NCBI GenBank assembly: GCA_965208575.1
Contig: CBDBOV010000003.1
Location: 672,001 to 736,000, forward strand
From: Spirochaetia bacterium
GTDB taxonomy: Bacteria; Spirochaetota; Spirochaetia; SZUA-6; Bin103
Reading direction: 5' to 3'
Length of the DNA stretch: 64,000 nucleotides
In this document: positions 53,383 through 63,360 of the stretch, piece by piece
Layout of the letters: each line of letters opens with the position of its first letter
Position numbering within the stretch: position 1 is the first letter of the stretch
Program-made: the position numbers and the translations under genes
Notes under the pieces: generated by a model
The model's database searches: none
Told to the model about the DNA's origin: nothing
The model's input: only the letters and a program-made list of their open reading frames with translations

Positions 53383-54387
53383 ATGAAGTTCGGAGTACAA
53401 GTGAACTGTTACGGGACCAGTTGGGACCGGATCCGCGCGTCGATCGAGGCGATGGAGAAGGGGCCGTGGGACAGCCTCTGGTTTGCGGACCATCTTCTCC
53501 CACCGGTCTCGGACGACAAGGTGAAGCCCAACCTGGAACGGGAGCAGGGCACGGCGTTCGAGGGCTACACGCTGATCGCGGTGGCCGCCGGCATGACCCG
53601 CAAGCTGCGGCTCGGCCACCTGGTGCTCGGCAACCCGTACCGCAATCCCGGGCTGCTGGCGAAGATGGCGGCGACCCTCGACCAGGCCTCCGAGGGGCGC
53701 TTCACCCTGTCGCTCGGCGCCGGCTGGTTCGACCGCGAGCACGTCGCCTACGGGTGGGGCACGTTCCCGACCATGCGGGAGCTGTCGGACCGCCTGGAGG
53801 AGTCGTGCGGCCTGATCCGCAGGCTGTTCACCGCCGACGGGCCGGTTACCCACCACGGCCGCTATTACCGTCTCGAGCAGGCCCCGCTGTCGCCGGGCTG
53901 CTACCAGGAGCCGCACGTGCCGATCCTGGTCGGCGGCACCGGCGAGCAGCGGACGCTGCGCACGCTGGCCAAGTACGGCGACATCATGAACTACGACGGC
54001 TGGGCCGGGCGCGGCATGTCGATCGAGGTGTTCCGGCACAAGGTCAGCGTGCTGGAGCGCCACTGCGAAGCCGTTGGGCGTGACCCGGCGGAGATCAAGC
54101 GCTCGCTGCTGATGCCGCTGGTGATCACCGACGACCCGGCGGCCGTCGAGCGGTCCATGCAGTTCTTCGGCCGGCGCGCCAACACCCGCTACGGCAACTA
54201 CGCCGGCCGCTTGATGGAGGCACAGGACGTCGAGGCCGCGGTCGGGTCGCTGAACGAGGTGATCGACCTGATCGGCAGGTTCGCCGACGAGGGAGTCGAC
54301 GAGATCATGTTCGGCGCCATTCCGACCGGCGACGTGGAGGCGCTGCAGCGGGTCGAGCAGGACGTCGTCGCGGTATTCTCCGGTTAA
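53383..54387 (+). CDS. LLM-class flavin-dependent oxidoreductase
   Basis: DSLWFADH, YRNPGLLAKMAATLD.AS.GRF.L.LGAGW, PILVGGTGE. Confidence 0.92.
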   Translation: MKFGVQVNCYGTSWDRIRASIEAMEKGPWDSLWFADHLLPPVSDDKVKPNLEREQGTAFEGYTLIAVAAGMTRKLRLGHLVLGNPYRNPGLLAKMAATLDQASEGRFTLSLGAGWFDREHVAYGWGTFPTMRELSDRLEESCGLIRRLFTADGPVTHHGRYYRLEQAPLSPGCYQEPHVPILVGGTGEQRTLRTLAKYGDIMNYDGWAGRGMSIEVFRHKVSVLERHCEAVGRDPAEIKRSLLMPLVITDDPAAVERSMQFFGRRANTRYGNYAGRLMEAQDVEAAVGSLNEVIDLIGRFADEGVDEIMFGAIPTGDVEALQRVEQDVVAVFSG

Positions 54388-54412
54388 CCCTTACCACGAC
54401 GGCTGCTTGGGG

Positions 54413-55294
54413 TTACCGGTCGCTGCCCCTGAGCCGGGGGTCGAGCAGGTCGCGCAGGGCGTCGCCGAACATGTTGAGGCTGTACACGACCAGCGTCAGG
54501 CACAGGCCCGGCCACAGCGCCAGGCGCGGCGCCGCCTCCATGTAGGTGCGCCCCTCGCGGCTCAGCATGCCACCCCAGTCGGGGACGTCGGGGGGCAGGC
54601 CGAAGCCGAGGAAGCTGAGCGACGCCGCGCTCAGGATGTAGCCGCCGATGCTGATGCTGAAGATGATGATCACCGGCGGCGCGATGTTGGGCAGCACGTG
54701 GCGGGTCAGCATGCGCCACGTGGTGGAGCCGATCGCGTCTCCCGCCTCGAAGTAGACGTTCTCCTTGATGCCGATCACGGCCGACCGCACCACCCGTGAG
54801 CCGCTGCCGATGCCGCCCGAGATGCCGAGCACCAGGATGATCTGCAGCACGCCGCGGCCCAGGACCGACATCAGGGTGAGCAGCAGGAGCAGTCCCGGAA
54901 AGGCGATCCACGCATCCACGAACCGCTGCACCACCAGGTCCAGCTTGCCGCCCAGGAATCCGGTGACGCCGCCCACCAGGACCGCCACCACGACGCTGAT
55001 GGTGGTGGCCGCCAGGCCGACCAGCAGCGACACCCGGGCGCCGTGGATGATGCGGCTCAGGAAGTCCCGTCCCACGTTGTCGGTGCCCAGCAGGTGGCGC
55101 GCCGACGGCGGTTCCAGGATCTCCATCAGGTAAATCTCGTCGTACGGATAGGGCGCCAGCACGTCGGCAAACACCGCGACCACGATCAGTGCCAGCACAA
55201 CTACCCCGCAGGCGGTGCCGAGCGGCTTGGTCCTGACCATCCTGACCAGGAGATCGACCAGCCAGTGACGCTGCGCGTTCGCCGATTTCGCCAT
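54413..55294 (-). CDS. OppC/DppC-like permease
   Basis: HLLGTDNVGRD, RHVLPN, SLSFLGFG, GDALRDLLDP. Confidence 0.92.
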   Translation of the reverse strand: MAKSANAQRHWLVDLLVRMVRTKPLGTACGVVVLALIVVAVFADVLAPYPYDEIYLMEILEPPSARHLLGTDNVGRDFLSRIIHGARVSLLVGLAATTISVVVAVLVGGVTGFLGGKLDLVVQRFVDAWIAFPGLLLLLTLMSVLGRGVLQIILVLGISGGIGSGSRVVRSAVIGIKENVYFEAGDAIGSTTWRMLTRHVLPNIAPPVIIIFSISIGGYILSAASLSFLGFGLPPDVPDWGGMLSREGRTYMEAAPRLALWPGLCLTLVVYSLNMFGDALRDLLDPRLRGSDR

Positions 55295-55303
55295 GCGCAC
55301 CCC

Positions 55304-56263
55304 CTATTGGTAGCGGACCCGCGGGTCCAGGTAGGGATAGGCCAGGTCGATCAACAGGTTCACCCCCAGCACTACCGCGCCGAAGCACAGGTTCACTCCC
55401 ATCACGACCGGGTAGTCGCGGTCGGTCAGGGCGGTCAGCAGCACCCGCCCCAACCCCGGCAGCACGAAGATGTTCTCCATGATCACCGAGCCGCCCACCA
55501 GGAGGGGAAGCTGCAGGCCGACCAGGGTCACCACCGGGATGAACGCGTTCTTCATCGCGTGCCGGACCACGACCAGGCGCTCGCTCAGGCCCTTGGCCCA
55601 GGCGGTGCGGACGTAGTCCTGGCGCAGCACCTCCAGCATCATGGTACGCGTCATGCGCATGGTGCTGGCCGCCATCGCGGTGCCGAGAATGAAGCTCGGC
55701 GCCAGGAACATGCCGAGGTTGCCGAGCGGGTCGTCGGTGAACCGGATCAGCTCGATCGACGGCGACCAGCCCCACCAGATCACCGGGTAAAGCATCACCA
55801 TCACCCCGAGCCAGAAGTTGGGCATGGCCAGGCCGATCACGGCGACCGTCCGGCCGGCATAGTCGCCAACCGTGTCCTGCCGAATCGCCGAGTAGACGCC
55901 CACCGGCAGCGCGATCAGCAGCCCGATCACGATCGCCAGGAAGCCGAGCTCCAGCGTTACCGGCAGGCGCTCGAGGATCTTGCCCTCGATCGCCTCGCCG
56001 CCCCACAGCGACTCGCCGAGCGTGCCGCGCAGGACGATGCCGCCGATCCAGCGCCCGTACTGCACGTAGGCGGGCCGGTCCAGTCCGAGCATGTGCTCGA
56101 GCGCCGCCCGGTCCACGTTGACCGCGCCGATCCAGCCGGCCTTGTCCAGCATGACGTCGATCGCGTCGCCGGGCAGGAAGCGCACCGAGAGAAAGACCAG
56201 GACGCTCAGGATGAACAGCGTGGGGATGACCAGCAGCACCCGCCGGATGACGTACGCTCTCAT
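55304..56263 (-). CDS. OppB/DppB-like permease
   Basis: MRAYVIRR, PNFWL, DYVRTAWAKGL, RDYPVV, LDPRVRY. Confidence 0.93.
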   Translation of the reverse strand: MRAYVIRRVLLVIPTLFILSVLVFLSVRFLPGDAIDVMLDKAGWIGAVNVDRAALEHMLGLDRPAYVQYGRWIGGIVLRGTLGESLWGGEAIEGKILERLPVTLELGFLAIVIGLLIALPVGVYSAIRQDTVGDYAGRTVAVIGLAMPNFWLGVMVMLYPVIWWGWSPSIELIRFTDDPLGNLGMFLAPSFILGTAMAASTMRMTRTMMLEVLRQDYVRTAWAKGLSERLVVVRHAMKNAFIPVVTLVGLQLPLLVGGSVIMENIFVLPGLGRVLLTALTDRDYPVVMGVNLCFGAVVLGVNLLIDLAYPYLDPRVRYQ

Positions 56264-56330
56264 GTGACGCCGGCAAAGCCCACCCGCCCGGATGGCGCCG
56301 AGCGGGTGGGACTCAGGCCTTCGAGCAGTT

Positions 56331-58145
56331 CTAGGGCCCCATCTCCTCCTTGGTCGCGTGGTCGATCCACAGGCGCGCGAAGATCGTGTAGCTGTCCACG
56401 TCGCCCAGGTTGTTTTCGCCGTTGTAGCCGACGATCCACGGCTGCGTCACCGCAACCTGCGGCATGATCGGACCCCACAGGTACAGGTGATTCTCGATCA
56501 GGTAGCGATCCGCCTCCAGGATCAACTGCCGCTCCTCCTCCACCGTCGTCGCCGCGCCCACGGCGGCGATCATCGCGTCGTACTCCGGCACGCTGTGTCC
56601 GGTGGCGTTGTTGTACGCACCCGTGGCCTGCCAGCCGATGGTGGTAACGGGAAGCGGCCGGTTCCAGCCGGTGATGAACCAGATCATCCCTTCGTAGTCG
56701 GCGCCCTGGATCATCGGCCCGAATGCCGCGCCATCCACGACTTGGAGTTCCACGTCGACGCCAATCGCATCCCAGAACTGGAGCATAATCGCGACAAAGC
56801 CCTGGTCGGTTGCCGCTGGGGAAGGATGGGCGTTGAATACGGTCTTGAGCCTGACGCCGTCGGCGCCGCGCGGATATCCGGCTTCGTCGAGCAACGCCTC
56901 CGCACCTTCCGGGTCATAACTGTAGTATCCCCTGATCTCGTCGGACCACTCCGCAACCGGTAACGCGTAGCCGGTGTTGGCGATGCCGACCACGCCGCGC
57001 GGTGTGGGATCCGCGTAGCCCTTGAAGTAGGTGTCCGCCACCGTCTCCAGGTCCAGGGCCATCTGCATTGCCCGGCGCACGCGAACGTCGTCGAACGGCG
57101 GCGCCTTCACGTTGAAGGCGGCCGAATTCTGGCTGCGATTCTGGTACGAATACTGTTTGAGTTCCGGGTTGGTGCGCGCCAGGCCCTCGGTCGCGGGGCC
57201 GGGTGAGAGCGCATACGCGGCGGGACCACCGAGTACGTCGAGCTGGCCCGAGCGCAGCGCCGCCAGGCGCGTCGATTCGTCCGGCATGATCAGGGCCCTG
57301 AACTCGTCGGCGTAGGGCAGCCGGTTGTCCGGAAACTTCTCGTCGTAACCCCAGTAGTCGGGGTGCTTGGTATAGGTAAAGGAAACGTCTGCCACCCGCT
57401 CGGTGAACATGAACGGCCCGGTGCCTATCAGCTTGTTCCAATCCTTGGCGTCGCCGTCCTGCCTGATCACTTCGGGCGGGTACTGATTGCCGTAGATGTC
57501 GCCGACGATGTGGTACAGCGCGGCGAGCATCGGTTCCTGCAACGTGAACACGACCGTGTGGCTGTCGGTTGCCGTGATCGATTCGACCGGCAGCGTGCCG
57601 AGCACGCTGATCACCGGGCTCGGTCCATCGGCGGCAAACTCGCCCAGCCCCAGGTTGCGGTTGAAGTTGAACACGACGTCGTCGGCGACCAGCTCGCGGC
57701 CGTTCACCGGTTCCTTGTCGTGCCACTTCACCCCCTTGCGGATGTTGAGCACAATCGTGGTGGCGTCGGGCTGTTCCCAGCTCTCGGCCAGCTTGCCGGT
57801 GTATTGCGGGAGATTCGGAATGGCGCCGGCGAAGGCGAATTCGTCTCTCGGCAGTCCCCAGTCACCGCCGCCCATTCTCTCCAGGACGATCTTGGTGGGA
57901 TGGATGACAGAGCGGAAGTGCCACATGTCGGCATGCTCGGTCTGCCAGCCGGGGTGGAACAGGCTGGTGATGGTGCCGCCGTACTCCGGCGCGCTGATCA
58001 TTTCGCCGGTGGTGGGGTCGAGCACCATCTCCTTCTCCATCGCCGCGGCCGGCGCCTCCTCGCTGGCCGGGCTCGCCCACAGGCCGGTCGCGGCCAGGAC
58101 CAACCCGAGCAGTGCCGCAACCGGCAATCTGCAGTTTCGTATCAT
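56331..58145 (-). CDS. ABC transporter substrate-binding protein, family 5
   Basis: ...AATGLWAS, PEYGG, LAESWE, VRRAMQMALDLET, LDEAGYPRGADGVRLK. Confidence 0.92.
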   Translation of the reverse strand: MIRNCRLPVAALLGLVLAATGLWASPASEEAPAAAMEKEMVLDPTTGEMISAPEYGGTITSLFHPGWQTEHADMWHFRSVIHPTKIVLERMGGGDWGLPRDEFAFAGAIPNLPQYTGKLAESWEQPDATTIVLNIRKGVKWHDKEPVNGRELVADDVVFNFNRNLGLGEFAADGPSPVISVLGTLPVESITATDSHTVVFTLQEPMLAALYHIVGDIYGNQYPPEVIRQDGDAKDWNKLIGTGPFMFTERVADVSFTYTKHPDYWGYDEKFPDNRLPYADEFRALIMPDESTRLAALRSGQLDVLGGPAAYALSPGPATEGLARTNPELKQYSYQNRSQNSAAFNVKAPPFDDVRVRRAMQMALDLETVADTYFKGYADPTPRGVVGIANTGYALPVAEWSDEIRGYYSYDPEGAEALLDEAGYPRGADGVRLKTVFNAHPSPAATDQGFVAIMLQFWDAIGVDVELQVVDGAAFGPMIQGADYEGMIWFITGWNRPLPVTTIGWQATGAYNNATGHSVPEYDAMIAAVGAATTVEEERQLILEADRYLIENHLYLWGPIMPQVAVTQPWIVGYNGENNLGDVDSYTIFARLWIDHATKEEMGP

Positions 58146-58581
58146 TTGGTTTCCTCCGAAACCTTGTTTCTGTTGAGAGTGCTGATTCAGTACCGCCCGG
58201 CATTCACTCTCACGCTACGCCGGCAATCGCTGGTGACCAGAAATCAAGATGCGGTACCCTCGGTCCCGAGTGATCGAGCATTGCGCGGCGCCGGCGGGCG
58301 GACCGCGGGCGAGGTCGATACGGCCGCGGCGCGGCGTTACGGCCGGCGGACGACGCGAACTGCGCACGCGTCCCACTGACGTTGGTTGGTGGCAGGGGAG
58401 GCTGGCGTGGTTTCGCATCATCCGCATGCGCGTAATTCCCGTACCGGGAATCTCACCACGCTAGCACACGTCCGGCCCGCCGTCAAACTCGCGTTCGTGG
58501 CGCTCGCGGCGCTGTCTCGGCGATCGCTGAACGGGTGGACTGGCGCGCGCGATACCGGGATCATCTATCCCGAGGATCAAG

Positions 58582-58833
58582 GTGCCGCTTCTCGACGAGA
58601 CGGAACTCAGGGCATACGCTCGACGCGACTGGGGGGCTCCGGCGCGGCTGGCCCGCAGGGAGCGGGTGCGCCTGCCGGTCGCGCGCAAGGTGCAACTCGC
58701 GGTCGAGCTCTATGAGGCCGTGCGGGCTACCCGGCCCGGCTGGCCGGACGAGGAGACTCGCCGGTCCGACCTCGCCAACCATCAACGAGTACGCGCGCTC
58801 CTGGACCGCGCGTCCCATGTCGGCCGTCGCTGA
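58582..58833 (+). CDS. Small helical protein, probable partner (antitoxin-like) of a nucleotidyltransferase
   Basis: 83-aa ORF (LRAYARRDW...RPGWPDEETRRSDLANH) overlapping the start of the NTase remnant. Confidence 0.55.
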   Translation: MPLLDETELRAYARRDWGAPARLARRERVRLPVARKVQLAVELYEAVRATRPGWPDEETRRSDLANHQRVRALLDRASHVGRR

Positions 58834-59095
58834 CACCCTGCGAGTACTCGTCCGCGCCACCCGCGTGGCGATCGACGGTGTGGAGGTGCCGGTTGCCCAT
58901 GCCACTGACCTCGTCGTCATGAAGGTGCTTGCCGGTCGCGGCAAGGACCTGGACGACCTGCGCTCGTTGCTGGCCAGTGGCGATGTGGATCAGGACGAGG
59001 CCCGCAACCTGCTTGGCCAGTTGGAGCGCGCGCTCGCGCAATCGGACCTCCTGCCCCGACTGGAAGAGGCGATCGCCGAACTCGACGGCGATTGA
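58817..59095 (+). pseudogene. Nucleotidyltransferase with central deletion
   Basis: MSAVADTLRVL is fused directly to the C-terminal RATRVAIDGVEVPVAHATDLVVMKVLAGRGKDLDD; the catalytic GG...DxD region is absent. Confidence 0.6.
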
Positions 59096-59109
59096 TGATT
59101 GCTGCCGCG

Positions 59110-60159
59110 CTACTCGAAGGGAACGGCTACGGTGCGCTGCTCGCGCAGGCTGCGGTGCACCGCCTCCGAGAACTCCATGTAGCGCACCCCGTCCACGAAG
59201 TTGATGTGGGTCACCTGTTCCTGGCCGCGGATGGCGCTCACGAACTCCTCCTCGGCGCGCCAGGGGCCGAATTCCGATGCGGGGATATCGATCGGCTCGA
59301 ACGGATCGTCGCCCTCGGCGCCGCGGCGGGCGGCGTACAGCTTGTCGTCGAACAGCTTGTAGCGCAGCGTCGCCTCGCTGCCGTACACGGTTACCCCGCT
59401 CCAGCCGTGGCCCATCACCGACGAGGACTGCAGGGTGAGCTGCGCGCCGCAGGCCAGCTCGCCGAGCACCACCAGGTGATCGGGGATGGTGGTGGCGCGC
59501 AGGGTGCCGTCGCCCACCCGGCGCGCCTTGACGAAGGTGCTCGCCAGGGCGGTGATGCGGGTGGCGGGGCCGACCCACTTCAGGATGGTCTCGTACAGCA
59601 TGCCCATGGTCATGATGTTCATGCCGCTCAGCGACTCGTCGTTGCGCCAGTGCAGCGGTGCGTCGCGGTCGATGAACGCGCCCCCATCGCAGATTTCGAT
59701 GGCCAGCAGGTCGCCGAGGTAGCCTTCGACGATCAGCCGGCGCACGGTGCGGTCCACCGCCAGGGTGTGCGGCGCGGGGCAGATCTGGGTCACCAGGTGC
59801 GGGTTGCTGCGCGCGGCGGCGAGCATCTTGCGCGCCTCGGAGGCATTCATCGCCATCCGTGCCTGCGTGAACACGTGCTTGCCGGCCGCCAGCGCGGCCA
59901 GGGTGGCGGGACAGTGCAGGTAGGGCCAGGTGCCGACGAACACGGCGTCGGTGTCGCCGGCGTTCACCAGTTCGCGCCAGTCGTCGTAGATCGTTTCGAT
60001 GCCGTGCTCGCGCGCGATCTTCTCGGAGGAGGCGCGGCTGCGGTTGCACACGCTCACCAGCGTTACGCCGTCGATCTTCTTGAGCCCCGGGATGTGCCGC
60101 AGCAGGACGATGCCGCCGGCGCCGATAATCCCGACGCGAATGTTGTCTGTGTTGGCCAT
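59110..60159 (-). CDS. Gfo/Idh/MocA oxidoreductase
   Basis: IRVGIIGAGGI, DAVFVGTWPYLH, AGKHVFTQARMA. Confidence 0.92.
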   Translation of the reverse strand: MANTDNIRVGIIGAGGIVLLRHIPGLKKIDGVTLVSVCNRSRASSEKIAREHGIETIYDDWRELVNAGDTDAVFVGTWPYLHCPATLAALAAGKHVFTQARMAMNASEARKMLAAARSNPHLVTQICPAPHTLAVDRTVRRLIVEGYLGDLLAIEICDGGAFIDRDAPLHWRNDESLSGMNIMTMGMLYETILKWVGPATRITALASTFVKARRVGDGTLRATTIPDHLVVLGELACGAQLTLQSSSVMGHGWSGVTVYGSEATLRYKLFDDKLYAARRGAEGDDPFEPIDIPASEFGPWRAEEEFVSAIRGQEQVTHINFVDGVRYMEFSEAVHRSLREQRTVAVPFE

Positions 60160-60198
60160 GCGCGCATCTTACCAGCGGCTGGCTCAACCGGATAGGGA

Positions 60199-61215
60199 TT
60201 ACCCGAAATGCAGCTCGGCCAGCGCGATGCCGCTCTCGCCGGCGACGGCGTACAGCAGGTAGGTACGGCCTTCGTCCTCCAGGATGGCCGGGTCGCGAAG
60301 CTGGTTGACGGTCCCGTAAGCGGTGCTGCGCATGGATGGCTGCACCGGCGCGGCGGCGCCCTCCCACACCCGCTCGGGGCGCAGGACCTCCACCGGCGCC
60401 GACTCCCGCCACGAGCGCCAGTCGCCGGCGAGGCCGATGGTGCTCAGCAGGATCCGCTCCGGCGCGTCCCCGACCTGGGTCCAGAACACGTGCAGCACCC
60501 CGTCGCGCACCAGCGGCGCGTTGTGGCGCATGTGGGGATTGAACAGCCGCGGCCCCGGCTCGAACCGGCTCACGCCGTCGGTGGCGCGGTGCAGTTGCCC
60601 CGGCATGGTAAGCGCGTAGGTGTGCCCGGCCCAGGTGAAGATGCGCAGGTAGGACGGGCCGACCAGCGGCTCGCTCGCGACGAAGTGGAGCCCATCGGCG
60701 GATTCCGCCACCCGCGTGGCCTGGGTCGCCGCCGCTTCGAGGCCGTGAAAGTACATGCGGATCACGCGCCGCTCGTGGTCGACGATCACCTCCGGCGAGG
60801 CGATGTGCGGCGTGGTCGCCTCCTGCAACGGGTCGTGCGGCAGGCGCACGCCGCGCTTGGCGTAGCGCGCGAGCAGGTGCCGTTCCTCCTCCCCGTCCAG
60901 CTCCGGAGGCCGGGTGAGGAAGTGGGAATCCTCCAGCCGCAACGCGCCCGGACGGTGGATGCGCCACGGCCCGGTTACCGCGTCGGCGTACGCCAGCCGG
61001 ATGAACAGGCCCTTGTGGTCGGCGAAGTAGAGGTAGTAGCGCCCGAGGGCATTCCCGGCCCAGTCGGGCACGCGGATGATCGACGGCCCCTGGATGTTGC
61101 CTCCGATCGACCGGTCGAGATCGGGCGTGATGATCGGCCGGTCCAGCAATCGTGTGGCACGCGCTGGACCTGCACCGGCTCCCGCCGGTCGCGGCGGCAC
61201 GTCTGCGCTTGTCAC
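60199..61215 (-). CDS. Five-bladed beta-propeller glycoside-hydrolase-like hypothetical protein
   Basis: NIQGPS, YYLYFADHKG, HIASPEV, MYFHG, QLRDPAILED...YLLYAVAGESGIA. Start uncertain. Confidence 0.65.
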   Translation of the reverse strand: MTSADVPPRPAGAGAGPARATRLLDRPIITPDLDRSIGGNIQGPSIIRVPDWAGNALGRYYLYFADHKGLFIRLAYADAVTGPWRIHRPGALRLEDSHFLTRPPELDGEEERHLLARYAKRGVRLPHDPLQEATTPHIASPEVIVDHERRVIRMYFHGLEAAATQATRVAESADGLHFVASEPLVGPSYLRIFTWAGHTYALTMPGQLHRATDGVSRFEPGPRLFNPHMRHNAPLVRDGVLHVFWTQVGDAPERILLSTIGLAGDWRSWRESAPVEVLRPERVWEGAAAPVQPSMRSTAYGTVNQLRDPAILEDEGRTYLLYAVAGESGIALAELHFG

Positions 61216-61389
61216 ACGCCAATCTGACCACGTCCCGTCTGGTCGTGCCAACAGCGGGCGACACTGTCGGTAACAAGAATAGTCTGCGACGATGGCAACC
61301 GTACGCAAGTTGAATACGGAGGGTCAGGTAGCCGATATGATCAAGCTTCTTGAACGCCACTCACCTCCTGCAAGCTCATGCGCGCGCTG

Positions 61390-62322
61390 TCAAACCGACG
61401 TGGCGGCTTCGACACCCAGCCGCCCGCCACCACCTCGCAGCCGCGGATCGAGCAGGTCCCTGAGGGCGTCACCCAACATGTTGAAGCTGTACACCGCAAT
61501 CGTCAGGCACAGCCCTGGCCACAGAGCCATCCATGGCGCCTGCTCCATATACTGACGTCCTTCCCGGCTGAGCATACCCCCCCAGCTCGGAATATCCACC
61601 GATAGACCGTAGCCAAGGAAGCTGAGAGAAGCCTCAGCCATGATCACGCCGCCGACGTTAATGCTGAAAATGATGATTATGGGAGCGACAATATTGGGCA
61701 GAACATGTCGGATGAGCGTCCTCCATCGCGACGACCCAATCGCCTCCGCCGCCTGAAAATACACGTTTTCTTTAACACCGATAACCGCACTTCTAACCAC
61801 TCTCGAGCCGCCGATACCTCCTGATATGCCCAGGACTGCGATGATCTGAAAAAATCCCCGCCCCACAATGGACATTACCGTTAACAATATGAGCAAAGTT
61901 GGTATAGACATCCATGCATCGACAAATCTCTGCACCGCAATGTCATATTTACCACCAACGAATCCGGAAACGCCGCCGACCAGGATTGCGGCGACGACAT
62001 TCAGTGTAGTCGCGGCCAGACCGACAACTACGGAGATACGAGCCCCGGCGATAAGGCGGCTCAACAAATCTCGCCCCATCTGGTCGGTACCCAGCAGATA
62101 CTGGGCTGATGAGCCCTGCAGTCTGTCTATCAGGTGCATTTCAAAATATGGATGAGGGGCCAATTGATCGCCGAAGATAGCGACAACAATCAATAGCAAT
62201 ACGATAACTCCGCTGGCGACACCGAGCGGCTTCTCTTTCCACAATCTGACAAATAAAATTGCCGCGGCGTTACGTCGCTTTGGCTCACCTACTGGTAATG
62301 GTATCCTTGGGAGATCACTCAT
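61390..62322 (-). CDS. OppC/DppC-like permease
   Basis: YLLGTDQMGRD, RHVLPN, EASLSFLGYG, GDALRDLLDP. Confidence 0.92.
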   Translation of the reverse strand: MSDLPRIPLPVGEPKRRNAAAILFVRLWKEKPLGVASGVIVLLLIVVAIFGDQLAPHPYFEMHLIDRLQGSSAQYLLGTDQMGRDLLSRLIAGARISVVVGLAATTLNVVAAILVGGVSGFVGGKYDIAVQRFVDAWMSIPTLLILLTVMSIVGRGFFQIIAVLGISGGIGGSRVVRSAVIGVKENVYFQAAEAIGSSRWRTLIRHVLPNIVAPIIIIFSINVGGVIMAEASLSFLGYGLSVDIPSWGGMLSREGRQYMEQAPWMALWPGLCLTIAVYSFNMLGDALRDLLDPRLRGGGGRLGVEAATSV

Positions 62323-62340
62323 AGTCCCGATCTTCCTCTT

Positions 62341-63360
62341 CTATTGATAGCGGATCCTGGGGTCCAAGAAGGCATAAAGCATGTCGATCAACAGATTGAT
62401 CGCCAAAACCGCGGCAGCAAAAATCAGGTTTATTGCGGAGACGATCGGGTAGTCTCTTGAATCGATCGCCCTTACGAACAGACGGCCCAACCCCGGCAGA
62501 GCGAATATTTGCTCCAAGATAACGGAGCCACCTATCAGGATAGGTAGCTGCAGGCCGATGAGTGTCACTACTGGAATGAAGGCATTCTTGATGGCGTGCC
62601 GCATGACAACTACCCGTTCCCTGAGCCCCTTCGACCAAGCCGTCCTGATATAGTCTTGCCTGAGCACCTCCAGCATCATGGTGCGCGTCATCCGCATCGT
62701 GCTGGCAGCAAGGGCCGTACCCAGAATCAGGGCCGGCAGGAGAAACATCCCCAGATTCCCCAGCGGGTCTTCCTCGAAGCGAATCAACTCCATCGGTGGC
62801 GACCAGCCCCACCAGAGAGCCGGGTAGAGCAGGGCCATGGTTGCCAGCCAGAAGTTCGGCGTTGCCAAGCCGATGACGGCAACGGTGCGCCCGACGTAGT
62901 CGGCGGCGGTATCCTGGCGGATCGCCGAGTAGACTCCGACGGGCAGGGCTATGAGGAGCCCAATTACTATTGCCAGAATACCAAGCTCAATGGTTACCGG
63001 CAATCTCCCACCTACGATCTCGTCTATCGTACTGCCTCCGCCATACAGCGATTCGCCAAGCGTGCCCTGGAAGAGACCTTTGAACTCGGACTCACCGGTA
63101 CCCCGCCAGTCAGGCGTCGGCAATACCCCTATCCAGCGTAAATACTGCATGTGGGCAGGCACGTCCAGTCCCATAAGACGCTCGAGAGTTTCGCGGTCCC
63201 TGCCACTTGCCGCACGAAAATTATTGCCAGTTTCCATTTGAGCCACCATTGCGTCTACTGTATCGCCGGGGATAAGGCGGACCACAGAAAACACCAAAAT
63301 GGTCAAAATAAACAGGCTGGGGATTGTGAGCAATAGCCGCCTGATGATATAGGTCTTCAC
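62341..63360 (-). CDS. OppB/DppB-like permease
   Basis: MKTYIIRRLL, ATPNFWL, DYIRTAWSKGL, RDYP, LDPRIRY. Confidence 0.92.
   Translation of the reverse strand: MKTYIIRRLLLTIPSLFILTILVFSVVRLIPGDTVDAMVAQMETGNNFRAASGRDRETLERLMGLDVPAHMQYLRWIGVLPTPDWRGTGESEFKGLFQGTLGESLYGGGSTIDEIVGGRLPVTIELGILAIVIGLLIALPVGVYSAIRQDTAADYVGRTVAVIGLATPNFWLATMALLYPALWWGWSPPMELIRFEEDPLGNLGMFLLPALILGTALAASTMRMTRTMMLEVLRQDYIRTAWSKGLRERVVVMRHAIKNAFIPVVTLIGLQLPILIGGSVILEQIFALPGLGRLFVRAIDSRDYPIVSAINLIFAAAVLAINLLIDMLYAFLDPRIRYQ

Noticed and set aside
58727-61360. 877-aa minus-strand ORF
   Set aside because: An Arg/Pro/Ala-rich shadow frame over two real genes on the same strand; only its first ~13 codons look genuine.
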